Below are positions 21,738-29,998 of a stretch of DNA of 64,000 bases, piece by piece. Every line of letters starts with the position of its first letter. The stretch's first letter is position 1. Under the pieces are notes generated by a model. It saw only the letters and a program-made list of their open reading frames with translations, had not been told where the DNA came from and did no database searches. A program made the translations under genes and the position numbers. Origin of the DNA: Thermoproteota archaeon (GTDB lineage: Archaea > Thermoproteota > Thermoprotei > Gearchaeales > Gearchaeaceae); NCBI GenBank assembly GCA_032249235.1, contig JAVVGF010000001.1, positions 96,001 through 160,000 on the forward strand. Reading direction: 5' to 3'.

Positions 21738-22073
21738 ATGAGCGGTAAAATAAAGATTCAAAATCTACCAGCGGAGCTAAGGAGAAAAGGCTTAGAGGAA
21801 AAGCTGGCAGCGATCTATAAAAAGAATGATATAGTGTTTATGGCTATTTTCGGTTCCTTTGTTGGAGGATAGCAAAATAGAAAAAGCGATATTGATATAG
21901 CCATCGAATTTGATCGAGATAGCCAAAAGAGTCTTATTGATTTAGTCAGAATAGAAAATGAACTAAGAAAGATATTTAAAAGAAAGGTCGATCTCATAAT
22001 TTTCAGTAGTTTAAGCCCATATATAATAGAAGATGTAAAAAAAGAAATGAAACTCATTTATGAGAAGAGATGA
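21738..22073 (+). pseudogene. MNT (minimal nucleotidyltransferase) antitoxin with internal stop
   Basis: AIFGSFVGG*QNRKSDIDIAIEF...KVDL; TAG at 21870-21872 where Glu is usual; absent from the ORF track. Confidence 0.88.
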
Positions 22074-22250
22074 AGCTTACTTAAAACATATTCTAGATGC
22101 GATTTCTAACATAGAGAGATTTACAGAAGGTTTGACTAAAGAAGAATTTTTTAGAAACGTAGAGAAGCAATATGCTGTCTTAAGGGAGCTTGAGATAATT
22201 GGTGAGCATCTAAGAATTTAAACAAAGAGCTAAAAGCGCGAATAACTTGA
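22060..22250 (+). pseudogene. HEPN (DUF86) toxin, frameshifted and truncated
   Basis: MRRDEAYLKHILDAISNIERFTEGLTKEEFF...YAVLRELEIIGE, then a frameshift at ~22206 (SKNLNKELK in another frame); the RxxxxH active site is missing. Confidence 0.87.
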
Positions 22251-22279
22251 ATTCTTTTTTACTGAAAATCGTAATTCGA

Positions 22280-22352
22280 TGGGCCCAATGGGATTCGAAC
22301 CCATGCCATTGGCTCCGAAGGCCAACGCTCTATCCAGCTAAGCTATGGGCCC
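22280..22352 (-). tRNA. tRNA-Arg(TCG)
   Basis: Reverse complement GGGCCCA...TTGGC-CT-TCG-GA-GCCAA...GGTTCGAATCC...TGGGCCCA. Confidence 0.96.
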
Positions 22353-22430
22353 ACTAATATAAATTTTCAATAGAACTCGGCTTAAATTTAACAATTTATT
22401 AATCAGAATAGCTATTAAGACTTATTAGTA

Positions 22431-22751
22431 ATGAACTTAAGAAAAGACATTCTCTTTCATAATACTGTAGATGTTTGGATCAATTTTTGTGAAGCTTATA
22501 ATATAGATTGGGATAATGTAGAAGCTTATTTATCATTCATAAATTTCTTATCTTCTAAAGGAGTCAAAATGAACCCCATGAATCTTTGTATAAAAGAAAC
22601 AGGAGGTTTATATCAAAGAGGCAAGAAAAAAGCCGATTTCTTGGATAAACTCAGTAAATTGAAAATATCTAGACCTGTATATACTATAAAGCTTGATCAG
22701 AATTTAGAAAGTATACTCAATGAATATTTCAAATCTTTAGTTAAGAAATGA
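22431..22751 (+). CDS. Hypothetical protein, translationally coupled to srp54
   Basis: ATGA overlap with the srp54 start; TATA-like TTTATTAA about 30 bp upstream. Confidence 0.7.
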   Translation: MNLRKDILFHNTVDVWINFCEAYNIDWDNVEAYLSFINFLSSKGVKMNPMNLCIKETGGLYQRGKKKADFLDKLSKLKISRPVYTIKLDQNLESILNEYFKSLVKK

Positions 22752-24058
22752 GTTTCTTAAAAGACTTTTCCAAATCCCTTTTAGATGCGATAAATAAGCT
22801 TAGAGGAAGTACAGGTGATGAAGCTGCATTAAAAGAATTCATTAGAGATATACAACGAATTCTCTTAAAAGCTGATGTAAATGTTAACATTGTACTTGAA
22901 ATAAGTAAAAAACTTCAAGAAAAAATCAAAGAAGAACCTCCTCAAGGCTTTACGAGGAAAGATCTAATTTTAAAAGAACTTTATGATAGCTTGATTGAAA
23001 TTTTAGGAGGAAGAACAAAGCATAGATTGCAACTAAATCCTGATTCTTTAAATGTAATAATGCTAGTTGGAATTCAAGGTAGTGGTAAAACTACTACAGC
23101 TGCAAAATTAGCTTATTATTTAAAAAACAGGAACTACAAAGTAGGTTTGGTATGTGCAGATACCTATAGATTGGGTGCTTATCATCAATTGAAGCAATTA
23201 GCTGAGAAGATAAATGTCCCTTTTTATGGCGAACCTGATGCTAAAGATTCTATAGAATTAGCATTAAAAGGCATCGAAGCACTTTCAGATAAATGCAATG
23301 TAATAATCGTAGATACTGCAGGAAGACATAAGAACGAACAAGCTTTGATAGAAGAAATGAAGCTAATGGCGAGCAAAATCAATCCTACGCATGTCATTCT
23401 AGTAATAGATGCGACAATAGGTCAAGCTGCATATAATCAAGCTAAAGCTTTTAATGAAGCAACGAAAATAGGAAGTATAATATTAACGAAGCTAGATGGT
23501 TCTGCAAAAGGAGGAGGCGCAATAAGCGCTGCCAAAGCTACGAATTCAAGAGTTATCTTCGTAGGATTAGGAGAAAAAATTGAAGAATTTGAAGAATTCG
23601 ATCCTGTTTCTTTCACTAATCAACTTCTTGGATTAGGAGATATTGATCTTTTATCTAGAAAGATAGAAGAAGCAAGGATTGAGCAAAAAATTAAAGCCGA
23701 AAAATTCATGCGTGGCGAATTCAATTTAAAAGAATTAGTTGAACAAATAAAGGAATTCAGAAAGCTAGGGCCTTTAAGTAAGTTGTTAAGTCTTCTTCCA
23801 GGTTTTTCTATCGAACTTCCTGAAGACGCTTTAAAAGAAGCTGAAAAGAACTTGGATAAATGGGAAGCAATAATTAATTCAATGACTAAGGAAGAAATTG
23901 CAAATCCTAAAATCATAGATAAAAGCAGAGCGCGAAGAATTGCAAGAGGCTCTGGTACTGATGTCAAGGATGTAGAAAAACTTTTAATGGCATATAATAT
24001 GATGAAAAGAAATGTTAAACGTTTAAAAAGACTGGGCTTTAATGTCCCAATTAAATAA
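22748..24058 (+). CDS. srp54: Signal recognition particle protein SRP54
   Basis: GIQGSGKTTT, DTAGRH, TKLDGSAKGGGA, INSMT, RIARGSG. Confidence 0.97.
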   Translation: MSFLKDFSKSLLDAINKLRGSTGDEAALKEFIRDIQRILLKADVNVNIVLEISKKLQEKIKEEPPQGFTRKDLILKELYDSLIEILGGRTKHRLQLNPDSLNVIMLVGIQGSGKTTTAAKLAYYLKNRNYKVGLVCADTYRLGAYHQLKQLAEKINVPFYGEPDAKDSIELALKGIEALSDKCNVIIVDTAGRHKNEQALIEEMKLMASKINPTHVILVIDATIGQAAYNQAKAFNEATKIGSIILTKLDGSAKGGGAISAAKATNSRVIFVGLGEKIEEFEEFDPVSFTNQLLGLGDIDLLSRKIEEARIEQKIKAEKFMRGEFNLKELVEQIKEFRKLGPLSKLLSLLPGFSIELPEDALKEAEKNLDKWEAIINSMTKEEIANPKIIDKSRARRIARGSGTDVKDVEKLLMAYNMMKRNVKRLKRLGFNVPIK

Positions 24059-25301
24059 CCTAATTTTAAATAAAGCATCAGAAATAATAGAAAGATACAA
24101 TATTTGTCCAATTTGTCTGGGAAGATTGTTCTATAATAATGAAAAAAAATCCATCTTAAAATTTTCAAAGATATTGTATATAAACTTAAATAAAGATTTT
24201 AAATATATTTTTTCAAAAAATAAAAAGTGTTATCTATGTAACAATTTTTTCTTTAATTTATTTAAAGTAATAAATTGGATTGTTGATAGAGTAGAATTTT
24301 ATGAATTTTATAGCCTTAATTTTGGTACTAGAATACCAGAATATTTAGTTATTAGAGAAGATTATATTCGTTCAAAGTATGAAATAAATGGTGGACTATC
24401 ATTAAAAAGTTTTATTAATACACATATTTCAAAAATTTTATCGAGAATTTTAAATAGAAAAATTGATTCAAAGAATCCTGATTTAAAAGTAATTTATGAT
24501 TTGGAAAAAAGTTCTCTAGAGATCATCCCTTCAAATGTATACATATATGGAAGATACTTAAAGCTAAAAAGAGGTATTAGGCAAACAAGACAATATTGCA
24601 AGTTTTGTAAAGGAAGCGGATGTAGCGAGTGTAGCTATACAGGCTTTACGAACGATCCTTCGATTGAAGGTTTTTTATTAAAAGAATTCAGAGATCGATT
24701 TTTGGGAGAAGTTAGCATATTTCATGCAGCTGGAAGAGAAGATTTGGATGTCATCACCGTTAACACAGGAAGACCTTTCGTAATTGAAGTGCGTAGACCT
24801 TTGAAAAGAAAAATAAATCTAAAGGAATTAGAAGAATTTTTAAATAAAGTAAATGAAGGTTATGTTTTGATTAAAAACTTATGTTATGTTGATAGGAAAA
24901 TTATGGAAAAAATTAATGTATTTTCAAAATACGATGAGAAAACCTACAGATTAGTAGTGAAGTTCAATGGAGAAATTGATGAAGATGCGCTTAGGAAAAT
25001 AGAAGAAGAGCTAAGAAATCGAGTTATAATTCAAAGAACACCTTTACGAGTTCTCTATAGGAGAGTAGACAAATACAGATATAAGATGGTCTATGATGTG
25101 AAAGCGAATAAAATTGGAGAAAATCTAGTTGAATTCATAATTAGGTGCCAAGGAGGTCTTTATGTTAAGGAACTCGCTCATGGAGATCAAGGAAGAACAC
25201 AACCTAGCATTTTTTCAATCACAGGAATTCCTTTAGAAATAATATCTTTGGATGTTATTTCTGTTGCACCTGAACTTGAGAAGAGACTAGAGATTGGTTA
25301 G
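24042..25301 (+). CDS. pus10: tRNA pseudouridine(54/55) synthase Pus10
   Basis: CPIC...CYLC, GRYLKLKRGIRQT, FHAAGREDLDV, GRPFVIE, QRTP.RV..RR, GGLYVKEL. Confidence 0.95.
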   Translation: MSQLNNLILNKASEIIERYNICPICLGRLFYNNEKKSILKFSKILYINLNKDFKYIFSKNKKCYLCNNFFFNLFKVINWIVDRVEFYEFYSLNFGTRIPEYLVIREDYIRSKYEINGGLSLKSFINTHISKILSRILNRKIDSKNPDLKVIYDLEKSSLEIIPSNVYIYGRYLKLKRGIRQTRQYCKFCKGSGCSECSYTGFTNDPSIEGFLLKEFRDRFLGEVSIFHAAGREDLDVITVNTGRPFVIEVRRPLKRKINLKELEEFLNKVNEGYVLIKNLCYVDRKIMEKINVFSKYDEKTYRLVVKFNGEIDEDALRKIEEELRNRVIIQRTPLRVLYRRVDKYRYKMVYDVKANKIGENLVEFIIRCQGGLYVKELAHGDQGRTQPSIFSITGIPLEIISLDVISVAPELEKRLEIG

Positions 25302-25587
25302 AAGTTGCTTTATATTTCATTATATGTTCTTTCGTTGTGATTATTTGCTTAGTTTTACTTCCTAGTTTAACTTCTATTATGTATGCTTTTCCTCTTTTAC
25401 CTATTATTTTACCCACCATTCCTTGATATCTTTTATGAGGTGCTGTGCTCATGTTGATTGGATTTATATTAATATGTACAAGCTCTCCTATTTCGTATTC
25501 TATCATATATTGTGATAAGCCTTTTCTCATTCTCCTTTTCGAAAATAGCTTTCTCATTCTTTTTCTATATCCTTTCGTTGCTGGCAT
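25255..25587 (-). CDS. rpl21e: 50S ribosomal protein L21e
   Basis: KGYR...RKLF, GELVHI.INP, PH.RYQG.VG.I....G.AY, EH; on the opposite strand to its neighbours. Confidence 0.93.
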   Translation of the reverse strand: MPATKGYRKRMRKLFSKRRMRKGLSQYMIEYEIGELVHININPINMSTAPHKRYQGMVGKIIGKRGKAYIIEVKLGSKTKQIITTKEHIMKYKATSNQSLVSSQVQVQQK

Positions 25588-25640
25588 GGTTATTAAATAG
25601 ATAGATATACTTTTATGCTTATTAGTTTAATTAACTTAGA

Positions 25641-25958
25641 ATGAAGATCATCTTTTACAAGGATATTACAATGCATGAAGCTTTAGAGATATTGGAAAAA
25701 AGGCTAGCTGAAGAAAATGTCAAAGAAAATCAAAAGAAAATGTATGATTATCTTAAAAAATTCTCGAGTTTAAGTGCAGATAAAGCGAGAGCTTTGGTTG
25801 AAAAACTTGTTACTGAATTTAATGTTCCTAGATCTGATGCTGTTCAGATGGTCAACATGATGCCAAGTAATGTTGAAGAATTGAGGAATATAATTCAAAG
25901 TGATAGATATTACACTACTGAGGAACTTCAAAAAATTTTGAAAGTTCTTAAAGAATAG
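25641..25958 (+). CDS. rpo4: RNA polymerase subunit Rpo4 (RpoF)
   Basis: YDYLKKFS, AVQMVNMMP.NVEELR HRDC-like motif; synteny with rpl21e and DUF655. Confidence 0.92.
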   Translation: MKIIFYKDITMHEALEILEKRLAEENVKENQKKMYDYLKKFSSLSADKARALVEKLVTEFNVPRSDAVQMVNMMPSNVEELRNIIQSDRYYTTEELQKILKVLKE

Positions 25959-26585
25959 TTGATGTCTGGTTTTATTAAGAAAAGATTTTATTATGAAGAA
26001 TTCGCAATAATATTAAGCTATAATATACCACAAAAATTTATAAAAGAGAAGAGGCAACAGCTCTATTTTCCTCGATTAAAGGAAGTTTATTCACAGGCTA
26101 TAGGCAAAGATTATTATACTTTATTAGAGATTGTTTCAGATCCGACAATTGTGCTTCAAAAAGGAGAAATGGTATATATTGGCAAAGGAAGTCCTAAAGT
26201 TAAAAGAGTCAGTGCTAGATTGATTTATGATGAACTATCTGATGATGCAAAACTATTCCTCGATGAGGCTTTGAGGAGATTAGTGAAAGAGAATGAGAAA
26301 AAATTCGTAGATTTTTTCAACAATGCTGGGCCTTTGTCTCCTAGAGCACATGCTCTTGAGATGCTTCCCAGAATAGGTAAAAAGACAGTTGAGAAAATAC
26401 TCATCGAAAGAAATATAAAATTTTTCGAAAGTTATGAAGACATTAAAAAAAGAGTTGGCATATCAAATCTTGAAGATATAATTTTTGAAAGATTAAAGAT
26501 TGAAGTAACATCGAAAGAAAAACTCAATTTCTATCTATTTGCTAAAGGTGTACAAAACACAATTGAAGAGAGAACCTCTATATAA
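25959..26585 (+). CDS. DUF655 putative RNA-binding protein
   Basis: QAIG..Y.TLLE, FVDFFN.AGPL..R.H.LE.LP.IGKK. Confidence 0.92.
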   Translation: MMSGFIKKRFYYEEFAIILSYNIPQKFIKEKRQQLYFPRLKEVYSQAIGKDYYTLLEIVSDPTIVLQKGEMVYIGKGSPKVKRVSARLIYDELSDDAKLFLDEALRRLVKENEKKFVDFFNNAGPLSPRAHALEMLPRIGKKTVEKILIERNIKFFESYEDIKKRVGISNLEDIIFERLKIEVTSKEKLNFYLFAKGVQNTIEERTSI

Positions 26586-26666
26586 TCCTTATGCAATGTT
26601 TCATAATTTTTGTTCTCATTAAAAAGAAAAGATTTATAAAGGATTAAGAGAAGTAGCTATGTAAAA

Positions 26667-27095
26667 ATGGATAAAATAAAATTTGCACTAGCGTGTCTGG
26701 CAGTACTAGCATTGTTCATATCTTTCAGTGGGCAAGCTTTACCAATATATGGCTTATCTACAATCTTAGGTACGATAATCATCATATCTACAACATTGAT
26801 AACTACAACAATCGTCTCTACGACAATAATAAGCTCAGTATTGATGGGTAGCAATGCTACAGTTTTGTTAAGTCCTTATTTCGCAGCATATAATACAGGA
26901 ATATACATGGCTCAAATTTTAATAGCCTTAGGCACAATAGCATCTCTTATTTATATGGAGCTCACAAATCCGCATGCTGTAGGTAAAATTGGAAATAAGG
27001 CATTGGAGCTTAGAAGAGTGTTGCTTCCATTTGCAGCAATTACAGTGTTAATATTCTTTATAACGTTCATAGTAAAAGTAATTCTAGCCTTATAA
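26667..27095 (+). CDS. Hypothetical membrane protein, Thr/Ser/Ile-rich
   Basis: 3-4 hydrophobic segments; strong BRE-TATA (AAAAGATTTATAAA) about 27 bp upstream. Confidence 0.65.
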   Translation: MDKIKFALACLAVLALFISFSGQALPIYGLSTILGTIIIISTTLITTTIVSTTIISSVLMGSNATVLLSPYFAAYNTGIYMAQILIALGTIASLIYMELTNPHAVGKIGNKALELRRVLLPFAAITVLIFFITFIVKVILAL

Positions 27096-27107
27096 TAAAT
27101 AAAATTT

Positions 27108-27497
27108 TTATTTAATTCTAGAAATAAACTTATATCCCAGTACTTCCCATACTTCTACTTCCATCCCTGCAGCGAGTTTATCTGCTAATTCTTGTGGTTT
27201 ACTTACTTCATAAAATTCGTATGTTTTCAAATCCATCAATTGAACTGTATCTTTACCAACGTTTATTACCTGTGCAAATTTTTTATCTATTATTGGGATA
27301 TTAACTTGAGCATCTGAAGGGACAGTTAATACTTTCTTAGTATTATCTATTATGCTAACCCCAACGATTCTTACTTTGGTAGAACCATGTTTTCCTGTTT
27401 TAGATTTTTCAACTTCTACAACTCTACAAGGTACATCTTCAATAACTATATATGAACCTTCTTTAATTGAACCTGCCTCAGCTATTTTTACGCTCAT
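27108..27497 (-). CDS. eif5a: Translation factor aIF5A
   Basis: KTGKHGS hypusine loop, QLMDL.TYE. Confidence 0.96.
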   Translation of the reverse strand: MSVKIAEAGSIKEGSYIVIEDVPCRVVEVEKSKTGKHGSTKVRIVGVSIIDNTKKVLTVPSDAQVNIPIIDKKFAQVINVGKDTVQLMDLKTYEFYEVSKPQELADKLAAGMEVEVWEVLGYKFISRIK

Positions 27498-27555
27498 ATG
27501 CTATAGATTGAATTGAAATTTATATAAATTATTTTATTTCAAATAAAAAACATAT

Positions 27556-28365
27556 TTGGGCATGCAAATAGGACTAATATCGAAAAAGGATAACAATTCA
27601 ATTTTGACTGTAAATAAATTAATAGAATTACTTAGAGGTCATACGATTTATTTTGACGAAGAATTGGCTTCTTTGCTTAATAAAAAGGAAATCATCGATT
27701 ATGCTAATCATTTGGATTTAATAATATGGGTTGGAGGCGATGGAACTTTACTAAAGTACGTCAACAAAATAAAAAAATTCGGAGCAAGCCTATTAGGTAT
27801 AAAAACGGGCGGCGTAGGTTTCTTATGCGAAATAAGTCCTGAGGAAATCGATCAATCTTTTAAACTATTATTTGAAGGAAAATATTATTTAGAGAATAGA
27901 AAATTACTAGAAATATCTCATGATAAAGAGGTATATTTTGCGTTGAATGAAGTTTTTGTATCAAATTCTGAAATAGGAAAAACTTCAAAATTTTTGGTAT
28001 TGAAAGACAGTGTAGAAATATTCAAAGGCAAATGTGATGGTATTATCGTCGCTACAAGCCTTGGCTCAACAGCTTATATAGCTAGTCGTGGAGGCCCTAT
28101 AGTAGATCCATCTTTAGATGTTTTGATTTTAGATCCTGTAAATCCTTTAAAATGGGGCTCAAGATTTATGATATTACCATTTGATTCATCGCTTGAAATA
28201 ATATCTGAAAAAGACTATAATTTGATTATAGACGGGAATATTATTAAAGCAAGTAAAAAACATGAATCAGTTAAAGTTAAGGGTTCGAATGAGCATTTTA
28301 AATTTGTTCGTTTCAGAAAAAGCTTCTATGAAAAAGTGAGAAAAAGAGTAATACTCGATGTCTGA
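27556..28365 (+). CDS. nadK: NAD(+) kinase
   Basis: GGDGT, G.GFL, NE, DGII.AT..GSTAY..S.GGP. Confidence 0.94.
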   Translation: MGMQIGLISKKDNNSILTVNKLIELLRGHTIYFDEELASLLNKKEIIDYANHLDLIIWVGGDGTLLKYVNKIKKFGASLLGIKTGGVGFLCEISPEEIDQSFKLLFEGKYYLENRKLLEISHDKEVYFALNEVFVSNSEIGKTSKFLVLKDSVEIFKGKCDGIIVATSLGSTAYIASRGGPIVDPSLDVLILDPVNPLKWGSRFMILPFDSSLEIISEKDYNLIIDGNIIKASKKHESVKVKGSNEHFKFVRFRKSFYEKVRKRVILDV

Positions 28366-28846
28366 AACAATCTATATTGCAGATTCAAGCTTCTTTATCG
28401 AAGATCATAATATAAAAATAGAAGAAATCCATACTACAGAGAGTGTAATTCAAGAGTTGAAAAGTCTAAAAGCCAAGTTGAAGTTTGAAGCCTTTTCTCC
28501 CTTTGTAATTTTCCATAAACCATCTGAAGAGTCGATAAATAAGATAAAAGAAATTGCTAAAAATCATGGCGAAATTTCTTTGTCTCAAGTTGATGTTGAG
28601 ATTTTGGCAATAGCTCTTGATCTTTCAAAATCTAAAAACGTAGTAATATTAAGTGATGATTATTCAATACAAAATATTTGCAAATATTTAGGTATTGAAT
28701 GTAAAGGAATATCAAAGAAAATCATTAAGAAAAAGATAAAATGGGAGTTATATTGCAAGATTTGCGGAAACAAATTACCATCTTCAGCAATTACATGTAT
28801 CTATTGCGGAAGTAAAGATGTCGCTAGAAGACCTTCATCAGATTAA
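28358..28846 (+). CDS. nob1: Nob1 endonuclease (PIN + Zn ribbon)
   Basis: ADSS, LS.VD...LA.AL, SDDYSIQN, CKICG...CIYCGS. Confidence 0.9.
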   Translation: MSETIYIADSSFFIEDHNIKIEEIHTTESVIQELKSLKAKLKFEAFSPFVIFHKPSEESINKIKEIAKNHGEISLSQVDVEILAIALDLSKSKNVVILSDDYSIQNICKYLGIECKGISKKIIKKKIKWELYCKICGNKLPSSAITCIYCGSKDVARRPSSD

Positions 28847-29963
28847 AGCGCCGCAATGGCTAATTCAAATATTTAGAAAATCTTTTAATGATGAATATAT
28901 TGAAGTATTGAAAAGTCTGCTAAAACCTACTTGGAAATATTATTTAAGAGTTAATTCTTTAAGAAGTGAAACCGATGAAATTATTAAATTGCTCAAAGAT
29001 GATGGTATAGTTGCTATTAAAGATGATTTAGTCGAAGATGCAGTTTATATTGAGGGATATGAAGAGCTTAATCCTCTTCTCCTCGAATCTTTAGTAATAG
29101 CTAAAATAGATGCTGCAGAGAGCACTTCTGAAGGAGCAGATCTATACAGACCAGGCACTATTTCGATTAAAAATGCTGAAAAAGGCTCCAAGGTAAGCAT
29201 CGTAACTCCTGATCTAGCAGTAGCAGCTGAAGGGATATTGATGATGGATGAGAAAGAATTCAAGAATTCCAAGAAAGGATTGGTTGTGAAAAATACTAAA
29301 CCGAAGTTCAAGAGGTCTTCTGTACATAACTTAAAAGCATTCCAACAAGGACTTATATATCCTCAATCCTATCCTTCAATTTTAACAATACATGAATTAG
29401 AACCGAAAGAAAATGAAACCATCGTTGATATGTGTGCTTCCCCTGGAGGAAAGTTATCACATATTATTCAGATGACTAAAGGTAAAGCTAAAATAATCGC
29501 ATGCGATAAATCTCATTCTAAAATTAACAAAATCAAAGATACGCTAGCACGCTTAGGTTTTCCTGAACCATTCTTATTGAAATGTGATTCAAGATACCTA
29601 GATTTAATTTTAGGTAAAGAGATAGCAGATAAAATCACACTCGATCCTTCTTGTTCAGACTTAGGTTTAAGACCTAGAATTACTTTTAATATACCTAAGA
29701 AAAATCCTAAAGACTATTCAGAGTTTCAAAAACAGTTGCTTAGGGCTGCATATAATTTACTGAAAAAAGGGGGTATTCTTTGTTATAGCGTTTGTACAGT
29801 AAGCTATGAAGAAACTTATGAAATTTACAACTATGCTATAGAGGAATTAAAAATGGAAGCTTTACCTTTAAAATTTACTGATGAAAAAGAGTCAATTCAT
29901 CTTTTCAATCCATATAAAGAAGATACTCCTGGATATGCGATTTTTAAACTTAAGAAAATTTAG
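28818..29963 (+). CDS. PUA-domain RNA m5C methyltransferase (RsmB/NSun6-like)
   Basis: PUA (GADLY.PG), DMCASPGGK, DPSCS..G.RP, YSVC. Confidence 0.9.
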   Translation: MSLEDLHQIKAPQWLIQIFRKSFNDEYIEVLKSLLKPTWKYYLRVNSLRSETDEIIKLLKDDGIVAIKDDLVEDAVYIEGYEELNPLLLESLVIAKIDAAESTSEGADLYRPGTISIKNAEKGSKVSIVTPDLAVAAEGILMMDEKEFKNSKKGLVVKNTKPKFKRSSVHNLKAFQQGLIYPQSYPSILTIHELEPKENETIVDMCASPGGKLSHIIQMTKGKAKIIACDKSHSKINKIKDTLARLGFPEPFLLKCDSRYLDLILGKEIADKITLDPSCSDLGLRPRITFNIPKKNPKDYSEFQKQLLRAAYNLLKKGGILCYSVCTVSYEETYEIYNYAIEELKMEALPLKFTDEKESIHLFNPYKEDTPGYAIFKLKKI

Positions 29964-29998
29964 ATAAGTTTATACATTTTGTCAAAGAAGTCTTCTCA

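Noticed and set aside
21870-21872. In-frame TAG as possible pyrrolysine or readthrough
   Set aside because: One change from GAG, the partner gene is also broken, TAG is a normal stop elsewhere in the window, and no pyl genes were seen.
21815-22057. 80-aa minus-strand ORF
   Set aside because: Antisense shadow of the MNT pseudogene on the plus strand.
26659-26664. ATG-TAA mini-ORF before the membrane protein gene
   Set aside because: Lies at or before the expected transcription start and is common by chance in AT-rich DNA.
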